DNA from: an uncultured Planctomycetota bacterium
GTDB taxonomy: Bacteria; Planctomycetota; PLA2; JAEUHO01
Direction of reading: 5' to 3'
DNA length: 64,000 nucleotides
NCBI GenBank assembly: GCA_963752285.1
Contig: CAVVXN010000001.1
Span: 256,001-320,000 of the forward strand
The notes under the pieces are model-generated. The model was not told the origin of the DNA and made no database searches. It saw only the letters and a list, made by a program, of their open reading frames with translations. The position numbers and the translations under genes are program-made. Positions 1-10,146 of this stretch are shown here, in pieces. Numbering within the stretch: the first letter of the stretch is position 1; every line of letters starts with the position of its first letter.

Positions 1-361
1 CGTCGTAGAGCTCGGCGGACGACGCGTACGTGGACAGGTGCCCGCCGAGACCCGAGAACCGCACGTTCGCCCGGCTCACCATCACGGCGGCGTTCCACCG
101 GATGATGTCGCCGATGCGCGTCTCCATCGCCTCGTCGCCCGGGAAGGCCGGCTCCTTCTCGGGGGAGATCGTGTTGACGTAGTCGGTCGCGAGGAGGCCC
201 TCGGGCAGGCAGCCGATGCGCCGTGCGCGGTCCAGGAGGCGGGAGAGGACGTACCGCGCCCGGTTCGGACCCGCCGCGTCGAACACGTCGTCGAGGGACG
301 CGAGCCACTCCTGCGTCTCGACGGGGTCGCTGTCGTGCTGGATGGTCTGGTAGAGCGTCAT
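1..361 (-). CDS. aceE: Pyruvate dehydrogenase E1, homodimeric type (5' part; runs off the window start)
   Basis: Not in the ORF track; translated by hand from ATG at 361: MTLYQTIQHDSDPVETQEWLASLDDV...YVNTISPEKEPAFPGDEAMETRIGDIIRWNAAVMVSRAN...GLGGHLSTYASSAELYD, the typical AceE N-terminus. Confidence 0.93.
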   Translation of the reverse strand, partial: MTLYQTIQHDSDPVETQEWLASLDDVFDAAGPNRARYVLSRLLDRARRIGCLPEGLLATDYVNTISPEKEPAFPGDEAMETRIGDIIRWNAAVMVSRANVRFSGLGGHLSTYASSAELYD

Positions 362-409
362 CTCGGGCTCCGGCCCGCCCGGTCGGGCGGGCGCGACGAG
401 CCCTGAACT

Positions 410-1957
410 CTACTGGCCGTCGCGGGTGCCGGCCGCGTCCGCCGCGGCGACGGCGAGGCTCGACGACGCCGCGCGCAGGCGGCACGCGGCGAGGCCCCCT
501 TGCGGGACCGAGGGTGCGGCGCCCGACGTCCCCGCGACGCGTCCCGGACCGGGCAGCGCACCCTGGAGCCGCGCGCGCTGCGCGTCGAGGAAGCGATACG
601 ACTCCCACGGGTCGAACGTGACGCCGCTGTTCATGATCGAGCCATCCACGGTGTCGCTGTGGCCGAGGCCCAGCGCGTGTCCGATCTCGTGCGCGATCAC
701 CGCGGCGAGCGAGCCGGCGAACCCGTCCGCGATCCGTCGGATCCGGGTGGCGCGCTCCCCCTCGGTCGCGCCGCCGTAGAGCATCGCCTCGAGCGTCGGG
801 ACGTCGCCCGCGTTCACCGGGTCGGAGGGCAGCGCCTCGTTCTGCCAGCCCGCGTTGAAGAAGAGCGCGACCTGGTTCGAGAACACCCCGAGGTCGCCGA
901 TCGACGGCGTCGTGCTGTCGTTCTCGAGGAGGTCGTTCGTGGCGCCGTCCACGAAGCCCATGCCCACGACGCCCGCGGCCCGTCCGCAAAGGACCGCGAT
1001 CACGTTGTAGCGATCGGGCGTCGGCGCGAGCCACGATCCAGCCGCCGGCGCCGTGTGCCCCGCGCCCGGGCGGTCGAAGGGGAACGAGATCGCGAGGCCG
1101 TTGCCGAAGTAGCGCGCGAGGGCGTGCAGCACGGCGATCCTCGTGTAGCGTTCGGCGAGCTGGTCCGCCTGCGTCGGCGCGCGCGAAGTCGAACGGAGAC
1201 CCACCGCGTGGAGCGTCGCGTCCCAGTCGGTCGCGTAGCCGTGGTTGCCGAGCTTGCGGCCGAAGTCCACGTACCAGACGTCCGACGCGCCGTGGGCGGC
1301 GCGGAGGTCCGCGGCCGGGTTGGGGACCACGGGCAGGGCGACGGTCGTGGTCTTCCCCGTGGTGACGTCGGTCGCCACGACCACGTCCTCGGAGCGTTCG
1401 GACGACGGGCCGGGAATCCACACCGCCTCGCCGCGCGCCTCGTCCACGAGGTCGAAGGCGCCGCCGCTCCCGTGGACCGACGCCTCGAAGCGCACCTGGC
1501 CCGTCGGACCGAGCGCGACGAGGCGGACCGGGCGTCCTGCCCAGGCGTCGCCGAGGAAGAGCCCCTCGACCTGGAGCGCGAACGTGTCCACCGCGAGCGC
1601 GAGGTCGGCCGCGTCGGTCTCGACCCCGTCCGACGCCTGGACGGTGAACGGGAAGAGGCCCTCTTCCGCGGGCCGCCCCTCGAGCATGCCGCCCGAGGTC
1701 ATCCGCATGCCGGCCGGGAGGCGTCCGTCGAGCACGCTCCACGAGACCGGCGCGGCCGCGCCCGCGGCCGAGAGCTGGGTCGGCTCGTAGTCGGCGTCGC
1801 GCTGCGCGGCCGGAAGCCGCGTCGTCTGGATCTGGAGGTACGCCGTCGGCTTGGACGACGTCGTGGAGACGAACGACCCGGCCCCGCAGCCGGCGAGGAG
1901 GAGCGAGACCCCGAGGAGGAGGCCGAGCGTCGCGTGTCGAAGGGTCGGTCGGGCCAT
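410..1957 (-). CDS. Lipoprotein with putative Ig domain and C-terminal matrixin-like (metzincin) zinc metalloprotease domain
   Basis: Lipobox LLLAGC; Ig-type motif WSVLDGRLPAGMRMTSGGMLEGRP...FPFTVQASDG; zinc motif HEIGHALGLGHS followed by Met-turn SIMN. Confidence 0.8.
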   Translation of the reverse strand: MARPTLRHATLGLLLGVSLLLAGCGAGSFVSTTSSKPTAYLQIQTTRLPAAQRDADYEPTQLSAAGAAAPVSWSVLDGRLPAGMRMTSGGMLEGRPAEEGLFPFTVQASDGVETDAADLALAVDTFALQVEGLFLGDAWAGRPVRLVALGPTGQVRFEASVHGSGGAFDLVDEARGEAVWIPGPSSERSEDVVVATDVTTGKTTTVALPVVPNPAADLRAAHGASDVWYVDFGRKLGNHGYATDWDATLHAVGLRSTSRAPTQADQLAERYTRIAVLHALARYFGNGLAISFPFDRPGAGHTAPAAGSWLAPTPDRYNVIAVLCGRAAGVVGMGFVDGATNDLLENDSTTPSIGDLGVFSNQVALFFNAGWQNEALPSDPVNAGDVPTLEAMLYGGATEGERATRIRRIADGFAGSLAAVIAHEIGHALGLGHSDTVDGSIMNSGVTFDPWESYRFLDAQRARLQGALPGPGRVAGTSGAAPSVPQGGLAACRLRAASSSLAVAAADAAGTRDGQ

Positions 1958-2047
1958 CGCGAGGCCCTATCGACCGGGCTCCGGGTCCCGACTTGAGGCG
2001 CTCTGCGCCCTACCCGAACGTCGCGCAAACGAGCGGAGGCGCCGCGC

Positions 2048-3487
2048 TCAGACGCTCAGGTCCGCCGGCGCGCCCAGGCGATCTCGGTACGGCGCCAGCG
2101 CCGGCGCGACCTCTTCCTCGAGGAAGCGGTCCACCTGGCTCGTCGCGAGGCCCGTGTATCGCGCGGGCTGAAGCAGGTCCTCCGCGCCGTCGAGCACCTT
2201 CGAGAACGCCTCGTCCTTCGCGAGGCGGTCGAGGAGGTCGTTTCGGTCGGCGCCGCCGAGCAGCGCCTCCTTCGCCGCCACGCTGTGACGACGGATCCGC
2301 TCGTGGAGGTCCTGCCGGTCGCCGCCCCGTCGCGTGCCGCGCATCAGGAGCTCCTCGGTCACGAGGAACGGGATCTCGCGCTCGAGGCGCGCGCGGACCA
2401 CGGCCTCGTTCACGCGGAGGCCCCGGGCCACGTTCGTGGCGATCCCGAGGATCGCGTCGGCGGCGAGGAACGACTCGGGGATGAACATGCGCCGTCCCGC
2501 CGAGTCGTCGAGCGTCCGCTCGAGCCACTGCCCCGCCGCCATGCTCGCGGCCTCGGGCACCGAGGCGAGCAGGTGACGTGCAAGCGACGTCATGCGCTCG
2601 GAGCGCATGGGGTTTCGCTTGTACGCCATCGCGCTCGAGCCGATCTGCTCCGACGCGAAGGGCTCGGAGACCTCGCCGAGGTTCGACAGCAGGCGGACGT
2701 CGTTCGCCATCCGGGTGGCGCTCACGGCGACGCCGCCGAGCGTCGCGAGGAGCGCGAAGTCCGCCTTGCGCGGGTACGTCTGGCCCGACACGGGGACGGC
2801 GCGCGCGAAGCCCTGGCTCTCCGCCACCATCCGGTCGAGGCGCCGGACCTTCTCCTCGTCGCCGTCGAAGAGCGCCAGGAACGAGGCCTGCGTGCCCGTC
2901 GTCCCCTTCGAGCCCAGGAACGGGACCTCGTCCCGGGCGCGCTCGACGGCGCGGAGGTCGAGGAGGAGGTCCTGGATCCACAGACAGACGCGTTTGCCCA
3001 TCGTCGTGGGCTGTGCGGGCTGGAAGTGGGTGTACGCGAGGCAGGCCGTGGCGCGGTGGCGCCTCGCCGTCCCGGCGAGCGCGTCGATCGCGTTCGCGAG
3101 GCCCGTCCCGACGAAACCGAGGGCCTCGCGGCAGAGGATCGCGTCGGCGTTGTCGGTCACGTAGCACGACGTCGCCCCGAGGTGGATCACGCCCCGCGCC
3201 TCGGGCGCGACGTCGCCGAACGCGTGCACGTGCGCCATCACGTCGTGGCGGAACCGCGCCTCGTACGAGGCCGCGCGTTCGAAGTCGATGTCGTCGGCCG
3301 CGGCCTCGAGCGCCTCGACCTGCGCCGCGGTCACGCCGAGGCCGAGCTCGTGCTCGGCGCGCGCGAGGGCGATCCAGAGCGCGCGCCACGTGCGCACGCG
3401 CCGTCGCTCGGAGAAGAGCCGGCGCATCTCGATGCCGGCGTAGCGCGTCGAGAGCGGGCTCTGGTACTCGTCGCGGCCGGAGCTCAC
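2048..3487 (-). CDS. purB: Adenylosuccinate lyase
   Basis: YQSPLSTRYA, RHDVMAHVH, IHLGATSC, THFQPAQPTT, signature GSSAMAYKRNP; GTG start at 3487 overlaps the upstream stop. Confidence 0.95.
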   Translation of the reverse strand: MSSGRDEYQSPLSTRYAGIEMRRLFSERRRVRTWRALWIALARAEHELGLGVTAAQVEALEAAADDIDFERAASYEARFRHDVMAHVHAFGDVAPEARGVIHLGATSCYVTDNADAILCREALGFVGTGLANAIDALAGTARRHRATACLAYTHFQPAQPTTMGKRVCLWIQDLLLDLRAVERARDEVPFLGSKGTTGTQASFLALFDGDEEKVRRLDRMVAESQGFARAVPVSGQTYPRKADFALLATLGGVAVSATRMANDVRLLSNLGEVSEPFASEQIGSSAMAYKRNPMRSERMTSLARHLLASVPEAASMAAGQWLERTLDDSAGRRMFIPESFLAADAILGIATNVARGLRVNEAVVRARLEREIPFLVTEELLMRGTRRGGDRQDLHERIRRHSVAAKEALLGGADRNDLLDRLAKDEAFSKVLDGAEDLLQPARYTGLATSQVDRFLEEEVAPALAPYRDRLGAPADLSV

Positions 3488-4035
3488 GTGACGGCCCCCT
3501 CGACCCGGAGGAGGACGAGGTCGCCGCTCTGGTCCTCCTTGGGCGCGACCTGCCACCGGCCCGGGCTCGCGCGGGGGTAGGCGGGGTCGGACAGCCGTTC
3601 GTCCAGGTACTGGGCGAAGTAGAAGATTGCCCGCTCGATCGTGGCCCGGATGTAGCGCGTGCCGGGGTTCAGCCCCGCGGCTTCCGTCGTGACCTGGAGC
3701 GTCTCGAGACGTCCGCCGAGGTCCGCCTTCGCGCGGCCCGCGGCGAGCACCTCGCCGAGGCTCTGCCACGGGTGGAGGTGGAGCTTCAGGCCCTCGAGCC
3801 CGGCGTTCAGGCTCGGCCAGTCGAGCGCCTCGCCGGCCTCGACCCGCCGCCAGCTCTCGCGGATCAGCTCGAGGTTGTTGAGGAGGTACACGAGCGCGCG
3901 GCGCCGCGGCCACTCGGCGGTGGAGACGAAATCGCGGTACTTGGGCGGCAGGAAGCCGAGGGCCGCGTCGTCGTCCGACCACGTCCGCTGCAGGTTGAGC
4001 AGCGAGACCCAATAGCGTTGCTGTTCGGGGTACAT
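3484..4035 (-). CDS. Hypothetical protein (~183 aa)
   Basis: Protein-like C-terminal part of ORF 3484..5172 from MYPEQQRYW; abuts or overlaps both neighbours; alternative GTG start at 4041. Confidence 0.65.
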   Translation of the reverse strand: MYPEQQRYWVSLLNLQRTWSDDDAALGFLPPKYRDFVSTAEWPRRRALVYLLNNLELIRESWRRVEAGEALDWPSLNAGLEGLKLHLHPWQSLGEVLAAGRAKADLGGRLETLQVTTEAAGLNPGTRYIRATIERAIFYFAQYLDERLSDPAYPRASPGRWQVAPKEDQSGDLVLLRVEGAVT

Positions 4036-4037
4036 CG

Positions 4038-4982
4038 TCACGCCCCCGCGAAGTCGGCGTCGGGCAGGTCGGTGGGGCCGGGGGGCTCCGGTCGCTCCTC
4101 GGGCAGGCTGACCTCGCCCTCCGCCAGGACGTCGAGCATCTGGTCCGCGCGCTCCTTCGAGAGGGTCCCCTTGCCGAGGGCCACCTGTACGGTGCGCCGG
4201 CCGAGCTCGCGGTAGAGGCGCACGGCGTTGCCGGGGATCCCCTTCAGGCTCTGCAGGTGGCTCCGTACCGTTCCGAGGTCGCCCCGCGAGATCGGTCCGG
4301 TGAGCGCCTGCGGCAGTCCGACCGCCTCCAGGTTCGCGAGCGTTCCCCGGACGAGCGGGAGGAGCGCGGGGAGGGCGACGTCGGGGGGCACCCCGGCCTG
4401 CACCAGGAGGCCCCGCGCGAACTCGACGAGGCTCACGAGGAAGTTGGACGCCGCGCTCGCGCCCGCGTGATAGAGCGCCTTCTTCGAACCCTCGATCTCG
4501 ACCGGGCGCCCCTCGAGGGCGATCACCACGCTCCGGAGGATCTCGACCGCCTCGGGGTCGCCTTCCAGGAAGAAGAACGAGTCGGGGATCATCCGCACCG
4601 CCGTGTCCACGTCTGCGAACGTCTGGAGCGGGTGCAGGGAGCCCCGGAAGGCGCCGGCGGCCGCCACGCCGGCGAGGACCCGCGCCGGGAGGCCGCCGGC
4701 GAGGTGCGTCACCACCGCTCCGCGGCGCAGTGCGCCGCCCGAGGCGACCTGGATCGACACGGCCGGGATGGCTCGGTCGGGCACCGCGAGGACCACGACG
4801 TCGGCCCCCATGGCGGCGAGCCCGGGGTCGCCCACCACCTCGCCCTGCCCGATCCAGTCCCGCGCGACGGTGGCGTTCCGGTGGTGGCGGCTCGAGACCG
4901 CGACGATCGTGAACCCCGCCTTCTTGAGCAGGATGCCGAGGGAGGTGCCGAGCACGCCCGCCCCGATGATCGCGACCTTCAC
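4038..4982 (-). CDS. Rossmann-like / DUF2520 domain oxidoreductase (PanG-like)
   Basis: GAGVLG nucleotide-binding motif; LAVPDRAI, SLHPLQTF, KALYHAGA, ALTGPISRGD are typical of the DUF2520 family. Confidence 0.85.
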   Translation of the reverse strand: MKVAIIGAGVLGTSLGILLKKAGFTIVAVSSRHHRNATVARDWIGQGEVVGDPGLAAMGADVVVLAVPDRAIPAVSIQVASGGALRRGAVVTHLAGGLPARVLAGVAAAGAFRGSLHPLQTFADVDTAVRMIPDSFFFLEGDPEAVEILRSVVIALEGRPVEIEGSKKALYHAGASAASNFLVSLVEFARGLLVQAGVPPDVALPALLPLVRGTLANLEAVGLPQALTGPISRGDLGTVRSHLQSLKGIPGNAVRLYRELGRRTVQVALGKGTLSKERADQMLDVLAEGEVSLPEERPEPPGPTDLPDADFAGA

Positions 4983-5089
4983 CTCGGGCCCGCCTCCCGC
5001 CCGGATTCCTGCCGGGGAGCGAAGCGTACCGACGCCCGGACCGCTCCGAAAGCCCGGGCCCGGCGCCCCGGAGGGCCGAGGAGCCCCGG

Positions 5090-5875
5090 TCAGGCCGGGA
5101 CGGCGTGGTCGAGGTGGCCGTCCCCGCGCCGCGCCGCGCCCTCGAGCGCTCGGTGGACGTAGGCCTTCGCACCGGTGGCCGCTTCCACGAGGGGCGTGCC
5201 CCGCGCGAGGCGCGCGGCGAGCGAGGCGGCGAACGCGCAGCCCGTGCCGTGGGCGCCGCCGCCCGGGAGCCGGGGGAGGTCGAGTCGAACGACCCCGGAG
5301 CGGGTGGCGAGGACGTCCACCGCGCGCGGCCCCCCGCCGTGCCCGCCCTTCAAGAGGACCGCGCGGGCGCCCGTCTCGAGGAGCGCCCGCGCGACGTCCT
5401 CCATCTCGTCCTCGGGGACCGACGGGCGACCGAGGAGGCGGGCGGCCTCGGGGAGGTTCGGCGTCACGACGGTGGCGAGGGGGAGGAGCACGTCGCGAAC
5501 GACCTCGGCGGCCCCGGGCCGGGCGAGCGCGCCGCCCGCCGTCGCCTCGAGGACCGGGTCCACCACCAGCGTCGCGCCCCGGGGCAGCGCGCCGGCGACG
5601 GCGCGGACGATCGGGCCGTCGTAGAGCATGCCGGTCTTCCACGCGCGCGGGCGGACCTCGTCCCGTACGACCACGACTTGCTCGGCCACGACGTCGGCCG
5701 GCATCGCCTCCACCCGGGACACGCCGCCGCGGCCCTCGACCGTGACCGCCGTGACGACGGCCGTGCCGTCCACTCCGTGCGCGGCGAAGGTCTTGAGGTC
5801 ACCCTGGAGGCCTGCCCCGCCCGTGGGGTCGGAACCCGCGATCGTGCACAAGGGGATGTAGTCGGCACGCGGCAT
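5090..5875 (-). CDS. thiD: Hydroxymethylpyrimidine/phosphomethylpyrimidine kinase
   Basis: [47 protein letters not shown]. Confidence 0.95.
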   Translation of the reverse strand: MPRADYIPLCTIAGSDPTGGAGLQGDLKTFAAHGVDGTAVVTAVTVEGRGGVSRVEAMPADVVAEQVVVVRDEVRPRAWKTGMLYDGPIVRAVAGALPRGATLVVDPVLEATAGGALARPGAAEVVRDVLLPLATVVTPNLPEAARLLGRPSVPEDEMEDVARALLETGARAVLLKGGHGGGPRAVDVLATRSGVVRLDLPRLPGGGAHGTGCAFAASLAARLARGTPLVEAATGAKAYVHRALEGAARRGDGHLDHAVPA

Positions 5876-5955
5876 CGGGGTAGACTCGGAGGCTCTGGGG
5901 CGCGCGGGCCGCGCCCGTCGGTCGGACCGGCGTCGAGGCCGGGGAGGAGGATCGC

Positions 5956-6834
5956 ATGCGGAGCGCGCAGCGGGGCACGGGGACGAAGACGGCTCTCGGG
6001 GCGGGACTGCTCCTCGGCGCGACCCTCCTGGCCGCGGGCTGCCGCAGCCGGCCGATCGTGGCGAGCGGGACCGAGCTGGGGACGGCGGACGTGCTCCACG
6101 GGAGGCTCGTCGGGCAGCACCCCACGCAGGCGTTCACGTTCGAGGGCGTCGAGTCCTCTCTCCTCGACTTCGACCTCGTCTCCGATCGCGGCGACATGGC
6201 CGCGCCCGCCGCGCGTCTCTACGACCCGGAGGGGAAGGAGATCGACCTCGCGGCCGCCACCCGCACCGCGCAGGGCGCCGCCACCGTCGCCGTGCGCGAC
6301 GTGGTCCTGCTCCGCTCCGGCACGTACCAGGTGCAAGTGACGCCCACGGTCCCGGGCCCCGTCTACTACCGCTTCGACTACGGGCTGCGTTTCCCCCCCG
6401 TGCGCGACATGCGGGTGGACCTGAAGGCGAACGATCCCTATCCCCTGAGCGTCGCGGCGCCGCGCGGCGGTCAGGTCACGGTCCAGATCACGCCGCTCCA
6501 GGGCTCGACCACCCTCGTCCGCGTGGACGGCGTGGAGGACCCGTGGGGCGGTCGCGCGCTCGACCCCACGCAGCGTCTGCCGAACGCGCCGCCGCCGATG
6601 ATCCACCACGGCGACGACGGTTCCTACTACCTCAACTTCAACGCGCCGATCCCCGGGCGGTACACCATCCTCGCAGCCGCGAGGCCGGGTCACGACGGGC
6701 CGGCGCTCGTCCGGGTGGACGTTCGCGCCCCGCGATCCGCGGCGCGAGAGGTGATGCACCCGAACCACCCGCCCGTCGGGTACGGCGTGCCGGCCTCCAC
6801 GATGGTCTCGGGGTCCGCCTCCGACGCCCGGTAG
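5956..6834 (+). CDS. Hypothetical lipoprotein with two PPC/beta-sandwich-like repeats
   Basis: Lipobox LAAGC; repeated pattern LYDPEG...SGTYQVQV and VEDPWG...PGRYTILA. Confidence 0.65.
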   Translation: MRSAQRGTGTKTALGAGLLLGATLLAAGCRSRPIVASGTELGTADVLHGRLVGQHPTQAFTFEGVESSLLDFDLVSDRGDMAAPAARLYDPEGKEIDLAAATRTAQGAATVAVRDVVLLRSGTYQVQVTPTVPGPVYYRFDYGLRFPPVRDMRVDLKANDPYPLSVAAPRGGQVTVQITPLQGSTTLVRVDGVEDPWGGRALDPTQRLPNAPPPMIHHGDDGSYYLNFNAPIPGRYTILAAARPGHDGPALVRVDVRAPRSAAREVMHPNHPPVGYGVPASTMVSGSASDAR

Positions 6835-6954
6835 CCCCGGCGGTCCCCCTCGGACGGGTCTCGGCGCGCGCGCCCCGGTCGGATGACCCCCGGGGGCGCC
6901 CGGGGCGGTACACCGGTCGTTTCGGCCGGGGATCCGGCCCCGGGAGACGCCCCG

Positions 6955-8988
6955 ATGAAGCGACGCGCCTTCGTGTTCCTCGCCCTCCTGGCGGGGGTGT
7001 TGCCCCTCGCCCGCGCGGCCGACGGGCCGGAGGACCCGCTCGCGCGCGCCGTGCTCGCGGCGCGGGACCGCGTGTACCCGGCGCTCGTCAACATCCAGGT
7101 GATCATGCAGGAGTTCGTCGGCGGCCGCGCGATCCACGTGCCGGCGGCGGGCAGCGGCGTGATCGTGAGCCCCGCCGGGCACGTGCTCACGAACTTCCAC
7201 GTGGCCGAGAGCTCGATTCGGCTCGTGTGCAACCTGCCGAGCGGCGAGTCGATCCCCGCGGACGTGGTGACGCACGACCCGCTGACCGACCTCTCGGTGC
7301 TGAAGCTCCGCATGCGGGAGCGGACCGACCCGATGCGCCCGCTCGCGTTCGCGTCGTTCGGCGACTCGGACAAGCTCCAGATCGGGCAGCGCGTGCTCGC
7401 GCTCGGGAACCCCCGCGGTCTCGACTCGTCCCTCACGCTGGGCGTGGTCGCGAACGTCAATCGTGTCTTCAAGTCGTTCACGGGCTCCTCGATCGAGAAC
7501 CTCGAACTCTCCGAGGGCCAGCCGACCGGCCTCTTCACGCGCTACATCCAGCACGACGCGCTGATCCAGCCGGGCAACAGCGGCGGTCCGCTCGTCAACC
7601 TCGATGGCGAGGTGGTCGGCATCAACGAGCTCGGCGGCGGGGGCATGGGCTTCGCCATCCCGTCGAACCTTGCCAAGGAGGTGCTGAACCGCGCGCTGGC
7701 GTTCGGGAAGATCGAGCGGGGCTGGCTCGGCGTGACGGTCCTCCCGACGAGGCCGATCGACCGCGACTCCGGCGCGCTCGTCGCGTTCGCGCTGCCCGGC
7801 CACCCCGCGGCGAACGTGGGCATCCAGCCCGGCGACGTCCTCCTCTCGATCGACGAGCACCAGGTCGCGATCCGGCGCTTCGAGGACGTGCCGCCCTTCT
7901 ACGCCTGGGCGTCGAACCTCCCGATCGGGAGCCGTCACGAGGTGACGTGGCTCCGCGGCGCCGAGCGCATGACGGGCACCATCGAGGTGGGGAAGATGGA
8001 GCCGGCGCTCGGCGACGAGCGGGCCTTCCCGCACTGGGGCGTCTCGGCCATGTCGATCACGGGCCCGATGGCGTTCGCCCGGGGCTACCCGGACACGCGC
8101 GGCGTCGTCCTGACGAGCATCCGTCCGGGCAAGCCGCCCGAGGTCGCGCGCCCCTCGCTCGCGCGCGGCGACGTCGTCCTGGCGATCGGCGGCGACCCCG
8201 TGGACGGCCTCGACGGCCTCGCGGCGCTCTACGACCAGCACCACACCGAGAAGGACCTCCTCGTGCACTTCCGTCGCGGACGGAGCGACATGGTGACCGC
8301 GCTCGACATGACGCGCGAGGCGCCGCGACGCCGGGGCACCGAGCTCGCGAAGGCGTGGCTCGGGGTCGAGACGCAGGTGCTCACGCCCGAGGTCTCGCGC
8401 GCCCTCGGTCTCGACGGCAAGAAGGGCTTCCGCGTGACACGCGTGTTCCCCGCGACGGAGGCCGAGAAGGCCGGGCTCCGGTCCGGCGACGTGCTCGTCG
8501 CGATCGACGGCGACGCGCTCGACGCCTGGCGTCTGCAGGACGCCGAGATCCTGCGCCGCCGCATCGAGGAGCTCGACATCGGGTCGAGCGTGAAGCTCGA
8601 CGTCCTGCGCGACGGGAAGCCCGCTTCGATCGAGGTCGTGCTCCAGGAGTCGCCGGAGGCCGCGGCGGACGTCAAGTCGGCGAGCGACGACGTGCTCGAG
8701 TACAAGGTCCGCGACCTGACCTACCGCGACAAGGTGGACAACGAGTGGCCGCTCGACACGAAGGGCGTGCTCGTCGTCGAGGCCGAGAGCGGGGGGTGGG
8801 CGAGCGTCGCGGGTCTCGAGTCCGGCGACCTCGTGATCGAGATCGAGGGCACGCCGATCCCCGACGTGAAGGCCTTCGAGGCAGTCGTGGCCCGGCTCGA
8901 CAAGGAGCGGCCGAAGCGCGTCCGGATGTTCGTCCGGCGCGACCGCACGACGACCTTCGTCTTCCCCGAGCCCGACTGGCCCAAGTGA
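6955..8988 (+). CDS. HtrA/DegP-family periplasmic serine protease with multiple PDZ domains
   Basis: Signal peptide MKRRAFVFLALLA; GSGVIV, TNFHV (His), TDLSVLK (Asp), PGNSGGPL (Ser); four GD(V/L)(L/V) PDZ-type motifs downstream. Confidence 0.92.
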   Translation: MKRRAFVFLALLAGVLPLARAADGPEDPLARAVLAARDRVYPALVNIQVIMQEFVGGRAIHVPAAGSGVIVSPAGHVLTNFHVAESSIRLVCNLPSGESIPADVVTHDPLTDLSVLKLRMRERTDPMRPLAFASFGDSDKLQIGQRVLALGNPRGLDSSLTLGVVANVNRVFKSFTGSSIENLELSEGQPTGLFTRYIQHDALIQPGNSGGPLVNLDGEVVGINELGGGGMGFAIPSNLAKEVLNRALAFGKIERGWLGVTVLPTRPIDRDSGALVAFALPGHPAANVGIQPGDVLLSIDEHQVAIRRFEDVPPFYAWASNLPIGSRHEVTWLRGAERMTGTIEVGKMEPALGDERAFPHWGVSAMSITGPMAFARGYPDTRGVVLTSIRPGKPPEVARPSLARGDVVLAIGGDPVDGLDGLAALYDQHHTEKDLLVHFRRGRSDMVTALDMTREAPRRRGTELAKAWLGVETQVLTPEVSRALGLDGKKGFRVTRVFPATEAEKAGLRSGDVLVAIDGDALDAWRLQDAEILRRRIEELDIGSSVKLDVLRDGKPASIEVVLQESPEAAADVKSASDDVLEYKVRDLTYRDKVDNEWPLDTKGVLVVEAESGGWASVAGLESGDLVIEIEGTPIPDVKAFEAVVARLDKERPKRVRMFVRRDRTTTFVFPEPDWPK

Positions 8989-9081
8989 GGGCCGGGCCCT
9001 TGGGTCGGGATGCCCTGGCCGGGACGGCCGGGACTGGCGGAGAATGACCCGACGGCCTTGCGGCCGGGAACAGGAGATCCC

Positions 9082-10002
9082 ATGACGTCTCGTTCGATCG
9101 CCACCGGGATCGCGGCCGCGATCCTCCTCTGGGCCGCGCCCGCGCGCGCCGACGAGCACTTCGCTTCCTTGATCGAGTCGAAGTCCGACTCGGTCGTGTC
9201 GGTGAAGTACGTGCTGAACCTCCAGATCACCATGGGGGGGCAGACGCAGAACCGCGAGTACTCGGGTGAGGGAGCGGGCGTCCTCCTGAGCGAGGACGGG
9301 CTCATCGTGATGCCCGGCATGGCCATGAACCCGCACCCGCGCGGACGCATGGGGCGCAATTTCGACGTGAAGGCCACGCCCACGAGCCTCCGCGTCGTGT
9401 TTCCGGGCGACCCGAAGGAGTACGAGGCGGTGCTCGGCGCCACGGACAGCCGGTTGGACCTTGCCTTCCTCAAGGTGAAGGACCTCGAGGGGAAGAAGAT
9501 CCGCCCCGTGGACCTCGCGACGGCCGCCGACGTGAAGCTCGGCGACACCCTGTACGGCGTGTCCCGTCTCGGCCAGAGCTTCGACTACGCGCCCTGGTGC
9601 GACACGGTCACGATCGTCGGGCAGGTCACGAAGCCGCGGAAGATGTGGGCGCTGCGCGGCTCCTTTCGCGAGGAGGGGAACCCCCTCTACGACGCGAGCG
9701 GGGCGCTCGTCGGGTTCGTGATCCAGCAGGAGGGGGTGGGCGGAGGCGACTCCGAGCCCTTCCTCGTCCCCCTGCCGGTCGTGAAGAGCACGATCGAGCG
9801 CGCCGGCAAGGAGGCCGACCGCGTGCTCGAGGAGTCGAAGAACGCCAAGGAGGGCGCGGCCGGCGAGAAGCCGGGCGAGGGCGACGAGGGGAAGGGCGCG
9901 AAGGCCGGCGAGGGCGACAAGGACGAGGGCGGCGACTCCGCCCCCGAGGGGAAGGGGCCCTCCGCCCCGCCGCCGCCGCCGGACGACTCCGGTTCTCGCT
10001 GA
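9082..10002 (+). CDS. Exported trypsin-like (HtrA protease-fold) protein, probably catalytically inactive, with a low-complexity tail
   Basis: Signal peptide ending ARA; SVVSV, GAGVLLSEDGLIV, DLAFLKV, GNPLYDASGALVG align with the HtrA fold, but the His and GNSGG Ser motifs are missing. Confidence 0.7.
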   Translation: MTSRSIATGIAAAILLWAAPARADEHFASLIESKSDSVVSVKYVLNLQITMGGQTQNREYSGEGAGVLLSEDGLIVMPGMAMNPHPRGRMGRNFDVKATPTSLRVVFPGDPKEYEAVLGATDSRLDLAFLKVKDLEGKKIRPVDLATAADVKLGDTLYGVSRLGQSFDYAPWCDTVTIVGQVTKPRKMWALRGSFREEGNPLYDASGALVGFVIQQEGVGGGDSEPFLVPLPVVKSTIERAGKEADRVLEESKNAKEGAAGEKPGEGDEGKGAKAGEGDKDEGGDSAPEGKGPSAPPPPPDDSGSR

Positions 10003-10146
10003 ACCCGGTACCTTTTCGCGCGACCCGAGCGGTATCATCGGGTTCGCGCCGCGCGGAATGGGGAGGGTTCGGCCGGCGACGGCCGTCTCTCCGCCGACCG
10101 AACGGACTCGGCCCGCCCGCCCCCGGGGCCCGAATGGAGAACGACC

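Noticed and set aside
5876..5955. TPP riboswitch upstream of thiD
   Set aside because: The divergent gap is only 80 bp and lacks the CTGAGA core.
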